Positions 8,907-17,873 of a stretch of 64,000 nucleotides of DNA are shown here, piece after piece (position 1 is the stretch's first letter; each line of letters opens with the position of its first letter). The position numbers were made by a program, and so were the translations under genes. Origin of the DNA: Andalucia godoyi And28 (lineage: Eukaryota > Protista > Jakobida). Below the pieces are notes generated by a model that did no database searches, was not told the origin of the DNA, and saw nothing but the letters and a program-made list of their open reading frames with translations. The DNA lies in NCBI GenBank assembly GCA_009859145.1, contig VRVR01000012.1:62001-126000 (forward strand), read 5' to 3'.

Positions 8907-11099
8907 ATGCTGTCGAGACTATGGCTGCTCGATGATGAACATGTACAAAGCAAAAGTCTCTTGTATCCGGATAGCCGCGTCCATGCGTTTGTGAAGTTCT
9001 GTTCTGTGTACATGGGTTTGGACGACATGGAATTGATGTTTGGGAATCATGTTGCCGAATTACCACTGTTCTGCAGCGTGCATGTTCCTGTAAATGGGTC
9101 AACAGAGGTCAGAAGGGTAGTTCCTATTCGTTCCACCGCTTCGTCGTCGTCAGTGCTGTCTGGGTTGTCGACTTCGACAACACCGTTGTTCACAAGATCG
9201 TCTTTTGGAAGCCTGCCTGCATCTCCCGTGACTTCTTCACCGCTGCTTCCGGCATCGCCGTCCCAAATGACGACTGCATCAAAAACAGGATTCTCATTTT
9301 CTCCGACATCGCTCCAAGAATCGCCGTTGCGTAAGGGCTCGTCTTTTCGGCGAGATGCGATTGTCAAAATTGGGCTGGAAAATCCATCCGATCCGCTGTG
9401 GCAGTGGTGCGACTCAGACATTGCTATCTCTCCGGTGCTAGCAAATCAGCTTTCTAGAATTGAAAAGATGGAACTGCGTGTTGTGGACAGCCCTGTGAAT
9501 GTCAATGTGAAATGGGTGGAAGCCGCAATGGTTCGGGCTGCGCAGCATTATGTTCCTCGCGCGTTGTCCGTGCGCTCAGATACTCTGGTGTTCTCATTCG
9601 GACCACACTCTCCCCCTGCTCATTTTGCCTCTGTGGTGATCTCCCCGTCATCTCCGCGTAGCACTGATGCCTGGGGATACACCGATGAGCGAACCGTGGT
9701 TCAGTTGGTCCCGTCGTCAAGCCTGCCATGCGCAGATGACGACAGCAAGTCCAGCGAAGCGTACAAAATAGATTTTGGCATATTTTTCAATAGACTTCTT
9801 TCCTCGGTTACGTTCCGTGGATTGGAGATCGAACGCCCAACATTGGTGATTATCGAGTCCCGAAACTCTCGCGAAGTGGTGAGATTGCTAAGGACATGCT
9901 TGCCATTCGATCGCTCGATTCATCTTGTATATCCAGGCGACATACTGGAGACTGCACAGTCCGAGGAATTTCTCCTCGAGCTCCTCGCCCGTCAGCATGG
10001 CACCGGCGACGTTCTTGTTTTCATGCAGCCACATTTGTTGTTTCCTCGCGTGCTAACAGAGGAGACCTCGATCTCCGTGCGCGACAGGTTCCTTTACTCT
10101 CTTAAAAAGAGACGCGAGCCAAGAGACGCACCAGTTGTGCTGGTAGTGCCAGATGTTCATGCATTGGACAGAGTCGTCGTGGAAGCTGCGTCGGACGTGA
10201 TCGAATGGGATTGGTTTGTTTTGAAAGCGCAGTCTCCCGTTCAAGAGAGCAATGGCCTCGATGAAAAGCTGAACCGTTTCAAAGCAGCAGCAGAGCGTTA
10301 CAAGCACACGATCGTGGGTCTGGAGCACGTTGTTGCATCGATTGGAAACTCGCTCTTTCATTCCGTAATCGGCATCTCCGATGGATTGTCCCCGTTTGGA
10401 TATCTTCTCTACGGTCCTCCGGGTACGGGCAAGACGTCCGTTGCAAGATTGCTTACGTACTGTGAACCAAGCATTTCTGTTTTCGTTCTCCGAATAACAG
10501 ATGTTCTTCGAGGAACTGTGGGAGAAGGCGAAAAGAGTGTTCGGGAGACGTTTGAGAGGGCGAGCATTCAACGCCCGTCTGTCGTTTTCTTGGATGAACT
10601 GCAGGCTGTGTTTGGCAAGAAATCCGACGATCGTTGCCAACCAGTCCTAGCGCAGCTGTTCTCTGAGCTGGATCGGCTGTCAATTGAGAACGCCTCCTCT
10701 GTGAACGGCGCCGTGGTGGTTCTTGGCGCCACGAATCGACCAGATTTGTTGGACGAGTCTCTCTTGCGAAAAGGCCGTTTGGATCAGCACGTGTTTGTAT
10801 CATTGCCTGCGGAATCTGTTCGCCGAGAAATATTCCTTTCCATTGATGCAGTGAAGCAGTCCTGTCTGTCGGATGAGATGGTGGATGCTGTTGTTCGGCG
10901 CTCGTCTGGGTATTCCTGTGCAGATGTGGTGAACATTGCGCGCCAAGCTCAGCTATTCGCTGTTGGAAGAGGCCTGGAGAACCCTGTGTGGGACGACTAT
11001 GTGAGAGTGCTGAGTTCGTCTGTTGCGTCTGTTTCGCCCGAATCTCTTCGTATGTTACAATCGTGGCAGTCGCACGGTGGGACGAAAGTGCGTCCATAA
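8907..11099 (+). CDS. CDC48/PEX1/PEX6/SPATA5-family AAA+ ATPase with one intact C-terminal module
   Basis: Walker A GPPGTGKT, Walker B VVFLDE, SRH VLGATNRPDLLDESLLRKGRLD, lid GYSCADVVNI. The upstream region has no Walker A. Confidence 0.85.
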   Translation: MLSRLWLLDDEHVQSKSLLYPDSRVHAFVKFCSVYMGLDDMELMFGNHVAELPLFCSVHVPVNGSTEVRRVVPIRSTASSSSVLSGLSTSTTPLFTRSSFGSLPASPVTSSPLLPASPSQMTTASKTGFSFSPTSLQESPLRKGSSFRRDAIVKIGLENPSDPLWQWCDSDIAISPVLANQLSRIEKMELRVVDSPVNVNVKWVEAAMVRAAQHYVPRALSVRSDTLVFSFGPHSPPAHFASVVISPSSPRSTDAWGYTDERTVVQLVPSSSLPCADDDSKSSEAYKIDFGIFFNRLLSSVTFRGLEIERPTLVIIESRNSREVVRLLRTCLPFDRSIHLVYPGDILETAQSEEFLLELLARQHGTGDVLVFMQPHLLFPRVLTEETSISVRDRFLYSLKKRREPRDAPVVLVVPDVHALDRVVVEAASDVIEWDWFVLKAQSPVQESNGLDEKLNRFKAAAERYKHTIVGLEHVVASIGNSLFHSVIGISDGLSPFGYLLYGPPGTGKTSVARLLTYCEPSISVFVLRITDVLRGTVGEGEKSVRETFERASIQRPSVVFLDELQAVFGKKSDDRCQPVLAQLFSELDRLSIENASSVNGAVVVLGATNRPDLLDESLLRKGRLDQHVFVSLPAESVRREIFLSIDAVKQSCLSDEMVDAVVRRSSGYSCADVVNIARQAQLFAVGRGLENPVWDDYVRVLSSSVASVSPESLRMLQSWQSHGGTKVRP

Positions 11100-11201
11100 A
11101 TCTCTCTGTTTCACTTTTGCTTTCTTTTTTTTTCTTTTTTTTTTTCTTCTGTTTCTTCATTCATTCATACGTTGGCGGTTCATCTTTTTTTGATGTGCGG
11201 C

Positions 11202-14024
11202 CTACCCGATGCTTTCTTCGATGACATCGTCCTCATCCACTCCCGCGGCAGCTGCCTGTGCATACGAAAGAGACGTTGTCTTCGCGTCTTGTACACTCTC
11301 AGCAGGCAGCGCAATCGAGTCCACATTCTTCGTTTCCGATTTCTCTTGTGGAGGAAAAGATGGTTCTGGCACGTGCTCGGGCGGAGAGGCAGCAGAAATC
11401 TTCGTCGTCTCTGTGTCCAAACTTCTTCTCGTCTGCTCCTGGGAGGCGACTTCTTCAGCTGCTGTTTGGGCCTTGACGATGTGGGTAGTGGGTGAGTTGC
11501 GGACTTCAAATGACTGCGCCACCGGCTCTCGATGCGCAGGGACAACAAGTGGGGTCAGGGCCATTCTAGAAGCACTTGAACTGGAACCTGTCGCAGGCGC
11601 GCTGTCCACGGTCTGATCGGGAACGACGACAGGCTGCTGCGGAGCAGACTCTGTCGACGAACTGCCAGGCACGTAATGCCCCGACACTTCCGCGGACCTC
11701 TGCACAATATCTACCGGATATTGCATAAGATGCTGCAAAGAAGTCGGAAGCTGAACAGGGAACATCCGAATACCACGAGGATCCAACAAACCACCAACGA
11801 ATACCCGTTGGAAGATTTCGCTCCATATGCACATCTGCATCCAGCAGTCAGTGACCTTGTTCGCAGTGTACTGGCGAATCATGATCTGCGGAGGCGGCGG
11901 AAGAAGCCCGACAAGCGATGTTTTCCGAAGGAACGTCGCAAATTCCTGGGTCTTGATCACACCGTGCTCGTTGTAAAAGGGATCGATCTGCGGAACAAGG
12001 ACTTCCAAGACGCGAAGAATAATGCCGATCTGCATTTTAGACTTCCAAGTCCTTTCATGTATGATCTCAGCTACCATTGGATCGGATGATGACGGCTCCT
12101 GGGCAGCAACAGCAAGGGCAATCTCTTCAGAAGCTGGGGCCACATACTTAGGCTTCTTGCCTTTGTCGTCGGCACTGAAGTATGAGGAACTCGTGGATGT
12201 CGGGACATTCAGAGGTGAGTTCGCAGACGAAGCCGGACTGTTCACCGGCGGGCGTGGGGGAGGTATCTCAGGGACACGAGCGAGCTGTTCAAATACTATT
12301 CTGCGAATAAGAATTTCGAGAACGACAAGGACATTTCCTTCATAGTGGTACTGGATGAGATTGTTCAGGATTTCGACCAAATAACAAATAAAAACATGAT
12401 TCATCGGCGTTCCTTTCAGGTACGCCGGTTTGCTGAAAATTTCGCACATTTGGACGAGACGAGACGATGCAGATGCATTCAAAGACTTCATGTAAGGGGA
12501 GACGTTCGCCATGATTGTCAGCACGCATTCATAAAGGGACCCTACCCAGTCCGGCCCTTGAAGCATCACTCCGAAGAACATGACAGTCAAGAGATCCGCG
12601 AACGTCGGCTTCTCTCCCAACGAGTTTGGGGGATATAATGGTGCCTTCTGGTCGTAGGGTTCATTCAACGCAATTCCGAACTGACGAACGGAAGACAGCA
12701 CCAGAAGAATGTACATGCAGCATTCCACAATCCGAAATCGCGGTCGGGTCGGCAGATACTCTTCTATGAAGAACAGCAGCGGGATGACAACCTGTTGACA
12801 CACGGTGGGACGGTTGACAACGAACACCAAGAAGGCGGAGTTGACAATGAGCATTCGGAAAAATGCGGTAAGAAGCGGCAACACAAAATCGATGACATAT
12901 GTAGAACTCGGGAGGTACGCACTCGCGGCTCGCATCGGATTTGACAGTAGCCTCGTCATCCCTTCGTACACGAAACCCAAGTCCTCTATTCCCTGAATGG
13001 ATCTGAACACTCGATGGAACGCGTTTTCCGCGGGCGCATAATCCAAAATTGCTGCAAGAACAATGATTGCCATCCGTACAGTCTCGTTTCTGGGATTTTC
13101 CGGAAGTATACTCTGTGCGTAGGGGACAACACTTTCTGGCTGATAAGAGCATATCATATTGACGAGAGAATACAGCAGATCTGCCGTGTGGGGCATTGCA
13201 TGGTTGTCTTCCGACTCTAGGAGCAGTGCATCCGAAAACGGGCCCCGCGCAGGAGTGAATGCAGCATTTGCCGCCGTCGTCTTTGATGACCCCGCCGTTG
13301 CCGTCGACGACTGCCCATTCGCAGCTCGCGCAACAATGCTCGTCATATCCGATGAATGGATGTGAAGCACGTCAGAGAGCATGACAACAACAAGACGCAG
13401 CATCTCTGTTCGATTCTTTTCCAGAGCAGCCGAAGTGGTATGGGCGCCTTTCTTGACGAGCATGCCGTTTTCCCAGCACAAAAAGGGATTGAATTCGTCT
13501 TCCGAGCAAACCACAACGTCCTGGTCCTGTCTCTTTCTCAGCAAACTAGTGAATCCTGGAACAAATAGCAATCGCATGACGAGCCTGCAGCACTTCCTGG
13601 CGAACTGCCAAATCGAAGGACTCCAAAATCCAGAAAACGGATGTCCAGCATCCACTTGTCCCGGAAAATACACGTCCATAAAAGCAGTCGTTGCCCACGG
13701 TTCATGCAACAGAGGGATGATGCGGGACAGAATGCGAACATACATCAAAACACGATCTTGCTCCGCAGTGTCCGTCTGAGTCGTCGACGCCAAGAACAGC
13801 TCCATCCCTTCAATGCACCGCGAGATGAGCGACACCAGATTCGCAGGCTGGAAAAGCATCATCCTGCGAACAGAATCAAATGATATAAGATGGCTTACTT
13901 CTGTCCATGTCACAGAAGAGATTCCAAAGACAGTGTTCCAAAGAGCGTCGCCCGAAGGAACATTCTTGGAAACAAGAGACTCTAGAGCAGACGAAAACTC
14001 GGCTTTTGAATTCGAATTGCCCAT
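11202..14024 (-). CDS. HID1: HID1/Ecm30 (dymeclin superfamily) Golgi protein
   Basis: N-myristoylation start MGNSNSK; RILSRIIPLL; NRTEMLRL; MTRLLSNP; LLVLSSVRQFGIALNEPY; TIMANVSPYMKSL; NNLIQYHYEGN. Confidence 0.9.
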   Translation of the reverse strand: MGNSNSKAEFSSALESLVSKNVPSGDALWNTVFGISSVTWTEVSHLISFDSVRRMMLFQPANLVSLISRCIEGMELFLASTTQTDTAEQDRVLMYVRILSRIIPLLHEPWATTAFMDVYFPGQVDAGHPFSGFWSPSIWQFARKCCRLVMRLLFVPGFTSLLRKRQDQDVVVCSEDEFNPFLCWENGMLVKKGAHTTSAALEKNRTEMLRLVVVMLSDVLHIHSSDMTSIVARAANGQSSTATAGSSKTTAANAAFTPARGPFSDALLLESEDNHAMPHTADLLYSLVNMICSYQPESVVPYAQSILPENPRNETVRMAIIVLAAILDYAPAENAFHRVFRSIQGIEDLGFVYEGMTRLLSNPMRAASAYLPSSTYVIDFVLPLLTAFFRMLIVNSAFLVFVVNRPTVCQQVVIPLLFFIEEYLPTRPRFRIVECCMYILLVLSSVRQFGIALNEPYDQKAPLYPPNSLGEKPTFADLLTVMFFGVMLQGPDWVGSLYECVLTIMANVSPYMKSLNASASSRLVQMCEIFSKPAYLKGTPMNHVFICYLVEILNNLIQYHYEGNVLVVLEILIRRIVFEQLARVPEIPPPRPPVNSPASSANSPLNVPTSTSSSYFSADDKGKKPKYVAPASEEIALAVAAQEPSSSDPMVAEIIHERTWKSKMQIGIILRVLEVLVPQIDPFYNEHGVIKTQEFATFLRKTSLVGLLPPPPQIMIRQYTANKVTDCWMQMCIWSEIFQRVFVGGLLDPRGIRMFPVQLPTSLQHLMQYPVDIVQRSAEVSGHYVPGSSSTESAPQQPVVVPDQTVDSAPATGSSSSASRMALTPLVVPAHREPVAQSFEVRNSPTTHIVKAQTAAEEVASQEQTRRSLDTETTKISAASPPEHVPEPSFPPQEKSETKNVDSIALPAESVQDAKTTSLSYAQAAAAGVDEDDVIEESIG

Positions 14025-14486
14025 TTCTTAAAAAGCAATGGTGGGAGTGGTGGGAAGACGGTGGGAAGGGAAACAAAGAAGAAGAACCGCACTCTTCACA
14101 AGAATGCCTAATCCAACAACAAGACAGGGTTCGAAATATGAATGGTGCAGAGGATTATGAATGAGAAGATGGAGAGAAAGACGCTGACAACCCAGAAAGG
14201 ATGGATGGATAGAAGGACTTGAGAGAAGAAAGGCTGAAGCTGTGTCCAGGAAACAGACGGAGAAAAGGGGAAAGCACTTCGAATAGGACGAATCGTTTGT
14301 TGTCGAGTCGATTTTCCATTCGCCTTGAGACTCGAGAGTTGATGCAAGCCAATGCAGAGTTCAGACAAAAAGGAAATGAGAAGGGATGAGGAGAACAGTC
14401 CAGTATTCAAATTTCCCCCAAAATGCTGCCATCCTCGGCTGTCAAGATCTTCTTCATAATGCTGCTGTATTTTCGATTTTGCATCA

Positions 14487-14540
14487 TTTTATTATTATTA
14501 TTATTATTATTGTTGTTGTTGTTGTTGTTGTTGTTGTTAT
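14487..14540. repeat. Compound trinucleotide tract (TTA)n(GTT)n in the HID1/VPS53 divergent spacer
   Basis: Read directly: ttattattattattattattattgttgttgtt... Confidence 0.9.
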
Positions 14541-14659
14541 CGCTATTGTTTTTACTTCCCCCCTCTTCTTCATAAACTGGTTCTTCTTTCTTTCTTTCTT
14601 TCTTTCTTTTTTTGGGAGGGGATTCTGTGAATTGCTCAGCAGCAGACGAATCTCTGAAC

Positions 14660-17398
14660 ATGTCAAGAATGGCGTCTGCAGTCAATTTTGAGGACGATCT
14701 TCCGGATCAGGATGGAGCTGAGGAAAACATGACCGAAGTCGGTGGATCCGAGGCACAGGTTGGCAGTGCTGACAAGGACAAAGGCTCGGAATACGACGAT
14801 ATTCTCGTGAACGAAAACTTTGATCCGGTGGACTATATTAACAAGCAATTTCCTTCAGAACAGTCTCTGCAGAATCTGGATACGTTCATTACAAAGGCAA
14901 AAGTACAGCTGTTTCGGCTCAATCGGGAGCTGCTGGGGGCGGTTCGGAAACAGTCTTTGAGCGCATACCAAGCGGAGAAGGACCTGGAAAGGGCAACAGG
15001 AGCGATCATGGAACTCTTCAAGAAAGTAGACTCGATCAGAACGGCGGCTGAGAATTCAGAGGCAATGGTAGAAGACTTGTGCAGAGACATTAAACAGCTG
15101 GACTACGCAAAGAGAAATCTTACAACTGCAATCACGACTGTTCGAAGAGTTCAGATGCTGACAAATGCAGTAGAGCAGCTCAAGCAGCAGGCCTCTCAAA
15201 AGCAATTCTCTGCATGTGCGTCATTGCTCCAGGTCGTGCAACAGCTTGTATCGTACTTCGAGCAGTATGCTCACATTCCCAAAATCAAGGACATGGATGA
15301 TACTGTCAAGAATCTCAAAGGCAAGCTGGAAAAGTCGGTCTTTGACGAGTTTGTTCAGTTGGATTTGGATGGTACGGAAGGGATGGCAACCGTCACACCG
15401 CAAATTCAAGGGGCCTGCGAAGTCATTGATGCCTTTGGCCCATCCGTTCGCAAGAAGTTCATTAAATGGTTTGTCGAACTCCAGCTGCGGTCGTATCAAA
15501 TGGAGTTTGGCCGTAGTGGGTTGTCGGAGACGGAAAACCGATTCATGTACTGCCAGAGAAAGCTGCGCGCGATGGCTGGATCGATTGAGTCTGTGTTTCC
15601 GGTCGAATGGTGCGTTCCCCAAGAGTTTGCTGTTGAATTTTGCTTGGAGACTCGAAAGCAGCTCGAAAATGCTCTCCGCAAAGAAGAGAACAACATGGAT
15701 GTCACGCTTTTCATGAAGGTGCTTCGAAAGACCATTGAGTTTGAAAAGCAGATTCAGGTGAAGTTTTCAAGAGACGCACAGAAACCGCTGGATGGAATCG
15801 ACGATATTTCCATTGACCCGAATGTTGATCCGCATTCAGCGGCCGGGATACGCCAAAAGCATCTGATCAGAAAGAAGAAGGAAGCTCTCGAAAAAGAAAG
15901 AAGAGAAAAGGGAGCAAATGCAAACAAGTCAATGGCGGAGGCAAATGCAACAGAGGAAATTCGCCAGCTTCAACAAGCTTACAGGTACACTGGTCTTATT
16001 TCATCATGTTTCGAGCCGTTTTTGCGGATCTACATTGAACAGGAAGAGAGATCCATGATGGACATGCTGTCATCCGTGCTCTCCCAAGAAACATGGAAGG
16101 CGGATCAGAGCGTGAAGTTGCGAGTTCTGTCATCGTCTGTCGACACGTTCATGAGCATCAAGCAATCTCTGGAAAGATGCGCGGCGTTTTCTCGTGGCGC
16201 TACAATGAGCGAGCTTACGAAGGTTTTCCAACAGACGCTGTTTGAATACTCGGACGCTCTCAGATCTCGCATTCCTAACCCTCACCCGATCCACAAGGAT
16301 TCCATGGCGACGAAATTGAAAGACATTATGACTCTGAATTCCGGGAATAACATCGATGAGGATGAAGATCGTCTGACAGAGGAATTGAGGCTGGACAAGG
16401 ATGGCATAGAAGAGCTGTGCTACATTCTCAATACTGCGGACTACTGCTACAATACGACGGCTTCGCTTGCGGAATCCATCCTTCGCAAGATTGAAGATTC
16501 CTATCAAAAGGACATTGACTACACTCCCCAGCAGGAAATGTTCAATGAAGTGTCAACAAAATGCATCAAGGCGCTCGTCTTTGCTGCGGAGTCCGAGTGT
16601 GACCTGTTGTTCATTCAAATGAAGCGTGTGGATTGGCTCAATATGGCTGCCGTCGGAGACGTGTCGCCGTGGGCCACGGAGATGTCCCAAGCGCTGCGTG
16701 ATTTTGTTTCCAAATGCGAACCGCAAATGAAAGGAACATCGAACATGCGATTCTTCTGCGACAAATTAGCAAGCTGGTTTATGTCCAGGTACGTTCCAAA
16801 CATCTTCAAATGCAAGCGAATTGGTCCTGTTGGTGCACAGCAGCTGCTCATGGATACACAGTTTTTGCACTCCACTCTGCTGAAGTTGAATGAAGGCTCG
16901 AAGTCGTATGTGCGCATGATTGACCGAGACATGGGAAGGGCGGAGTCGATTCTCAAAGTTTTGCAGAATCCATTAGAGGTTATGGTGTCTGCGTACCGTG
17001 CTGTGCTGTCTGCCAGCGGGCTTTCGCAGGTGCAGGTGAAGTCTCCGACAGCTGCTGCACCGGCGGATCCCTCTGCAGCTGTTGAACCCGCAGGCCCACC
17101 GACGGGCTCGTCGTCGAAAGCGGCGTCGGTATCACAGAGCGTTTTGGAGTTTCAGAGGATATGTGAACTTCGCGGCATGAAGAAGGCAGAGTATCTCCCA
17201 CTGTCCGATAAGCTTGAACGAGAACTGCGAGAAGCAGCGGGGGAGGACCATTCGTCACTTGCAGAGCAGGGCATGGACCAGACGTATGGTGCAGGAGCAC
17301 CAGAACGGGGTGGTCCGCAGTCTGTGAAGAGAGATTCAAAGTCGTTCCGCGGGTTTGCGGATGCCAAGCAGCGATTCAAGAAACTGTTCAATTCATAA
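14660..17398 (+). CDS. VPS53: GARP/EARP complex subunit Vps53
   Basis: FDPVDYINKQFPSEQSL; DIKQLDYAKRNLTTAITTVRRVQML; CYILNTADYC; GAQQLLMD. First ATG is at 14660 (the track start at 14612 is TTG). Confidence 0.95.
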   Translation: MSRMASAVNFEDDLPDQDGAEENMTEVGGSEAQVGSADKDKGSEYDDILVNENFDPVDYINKQFPSEQSLQNLDTFITKAKVQLFRLNRELLGAVRKQSLSAYQAEKDLERATGAIMELFKKVDSIRTAAENSEAMVEDLCRDIKQLDYAKRNLTTAITTVRRVQMLTNAVEQLKQQASQKQFSACASLLQVVQQLVSYFEQYAHIPKIKDMDDTVKNLKGKLEKSVFDEFVQLDLDGTEGMATVTPQIQGACEVIDAFGPSVRKKFIKWFVELQLRSYQMEFGRSGLSETENRFMYCQRKLRAMAGSIESVFPVEWCVPQEFAVEFCLETRKQLENALRKEENNMDVTLFMKVLRKTIEFEKQIQVKFSRDAQKPLDGIDDISIDPNVDPHSAAGIRQKHLIRKKKEALEKERREKGANANKSMAEANATEEIRQLQQAYRYTGLISSCFEPFLRIYIEQEERSMMDMLSSVLSQETWKADQSVKLRVLSSSVDTFMSIKQSLERCAAFSRGATMSELTKVFQQTLFEYSDALRSRIPNPHPIHKDSMATKLKDIMTLNSGNNIDEDEDRLTEELRLDKDGIEELCYILNTADYCYNTTASLAESILRKIEDSYQKDIDYTPQQEMFNEVSTKCIKALVFAAESECDLLFIQMKRVDWLNMAAVGDVSPWATEMSQALRDFVSKCEPQMKGTSNMRFFCDKLASWFMSRYVPNIFKCKRIGPVGAQQLLMDTQFLHSTLLKLNEGSKSYVRMIDRDMGRAESILKVLQNPLEVMVSAYRAVLSASGLSQVQVKSPTAAAPADPSAAVEPAGPPTGSSSKAASVSQSVLEFQRICELRGMKKAEYLPLSDKLERELREAAGEDHSSLAEQGMDQTYGAGAPERGGPQSVKRDSKSFRGFADAKQRFKKLFNS

Positions 17399-17492
17399 TT
17401 ATTATCTTCTTTTTATTTTATTTTATATAAAAGGAGTGAAATGAAATGACAAAAGAAAATCGATTCCAAGTTTCCAACCCAGCATTTGTGGA

Positions 17493-17868
17493 GCACCCAT
17501 TTCACTAAACGCAAAGAATCCGGGAAAAGTCCACGAAATGTCACGTGTGTGTGTGCACAGTTCAAACTCGCAAGTCCAAATAACAACGGTGCTTTTCATT
17601 GGGGAGGAGAGAAAACTGCATCATTCTGCACTGTTCACCGAGTCATCTCCATCACCGTCACCCGATCTGCAGGTATGTCAGTTATCTCGGGGACATGATT
17701 TCCTTTTTGACAGGCTTAAAGACGGCATCGTCGGAAGGAGCACAAGCAGAGGGACTAGAAGCATAAGTAGGGAACGGGTGCAGGAGACAGGATTGAGAAA
17801 AAGAAGAAAACGGAGACGAAAGAAGTCTCGAACTCTTTAAACTCAATCTCATGGAAGCGCCCCTTACT
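17493..17868. repeat. Dispersed intergenic repeat, copy 2 (block A 17493-17528, block B 17821-17868)
   Basis: Same two blocks, in the same order and orientation as 739-887, with a longer spacer. Confidence 0.7.
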
Positions 17869-17873
17869 GCCAG

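Noticed and set aside
10453-11160. 235-aa minus-strand ORF
   Set aside because: Antisense to the AAA ATPase and starts in a poly-T tract; no motifs.
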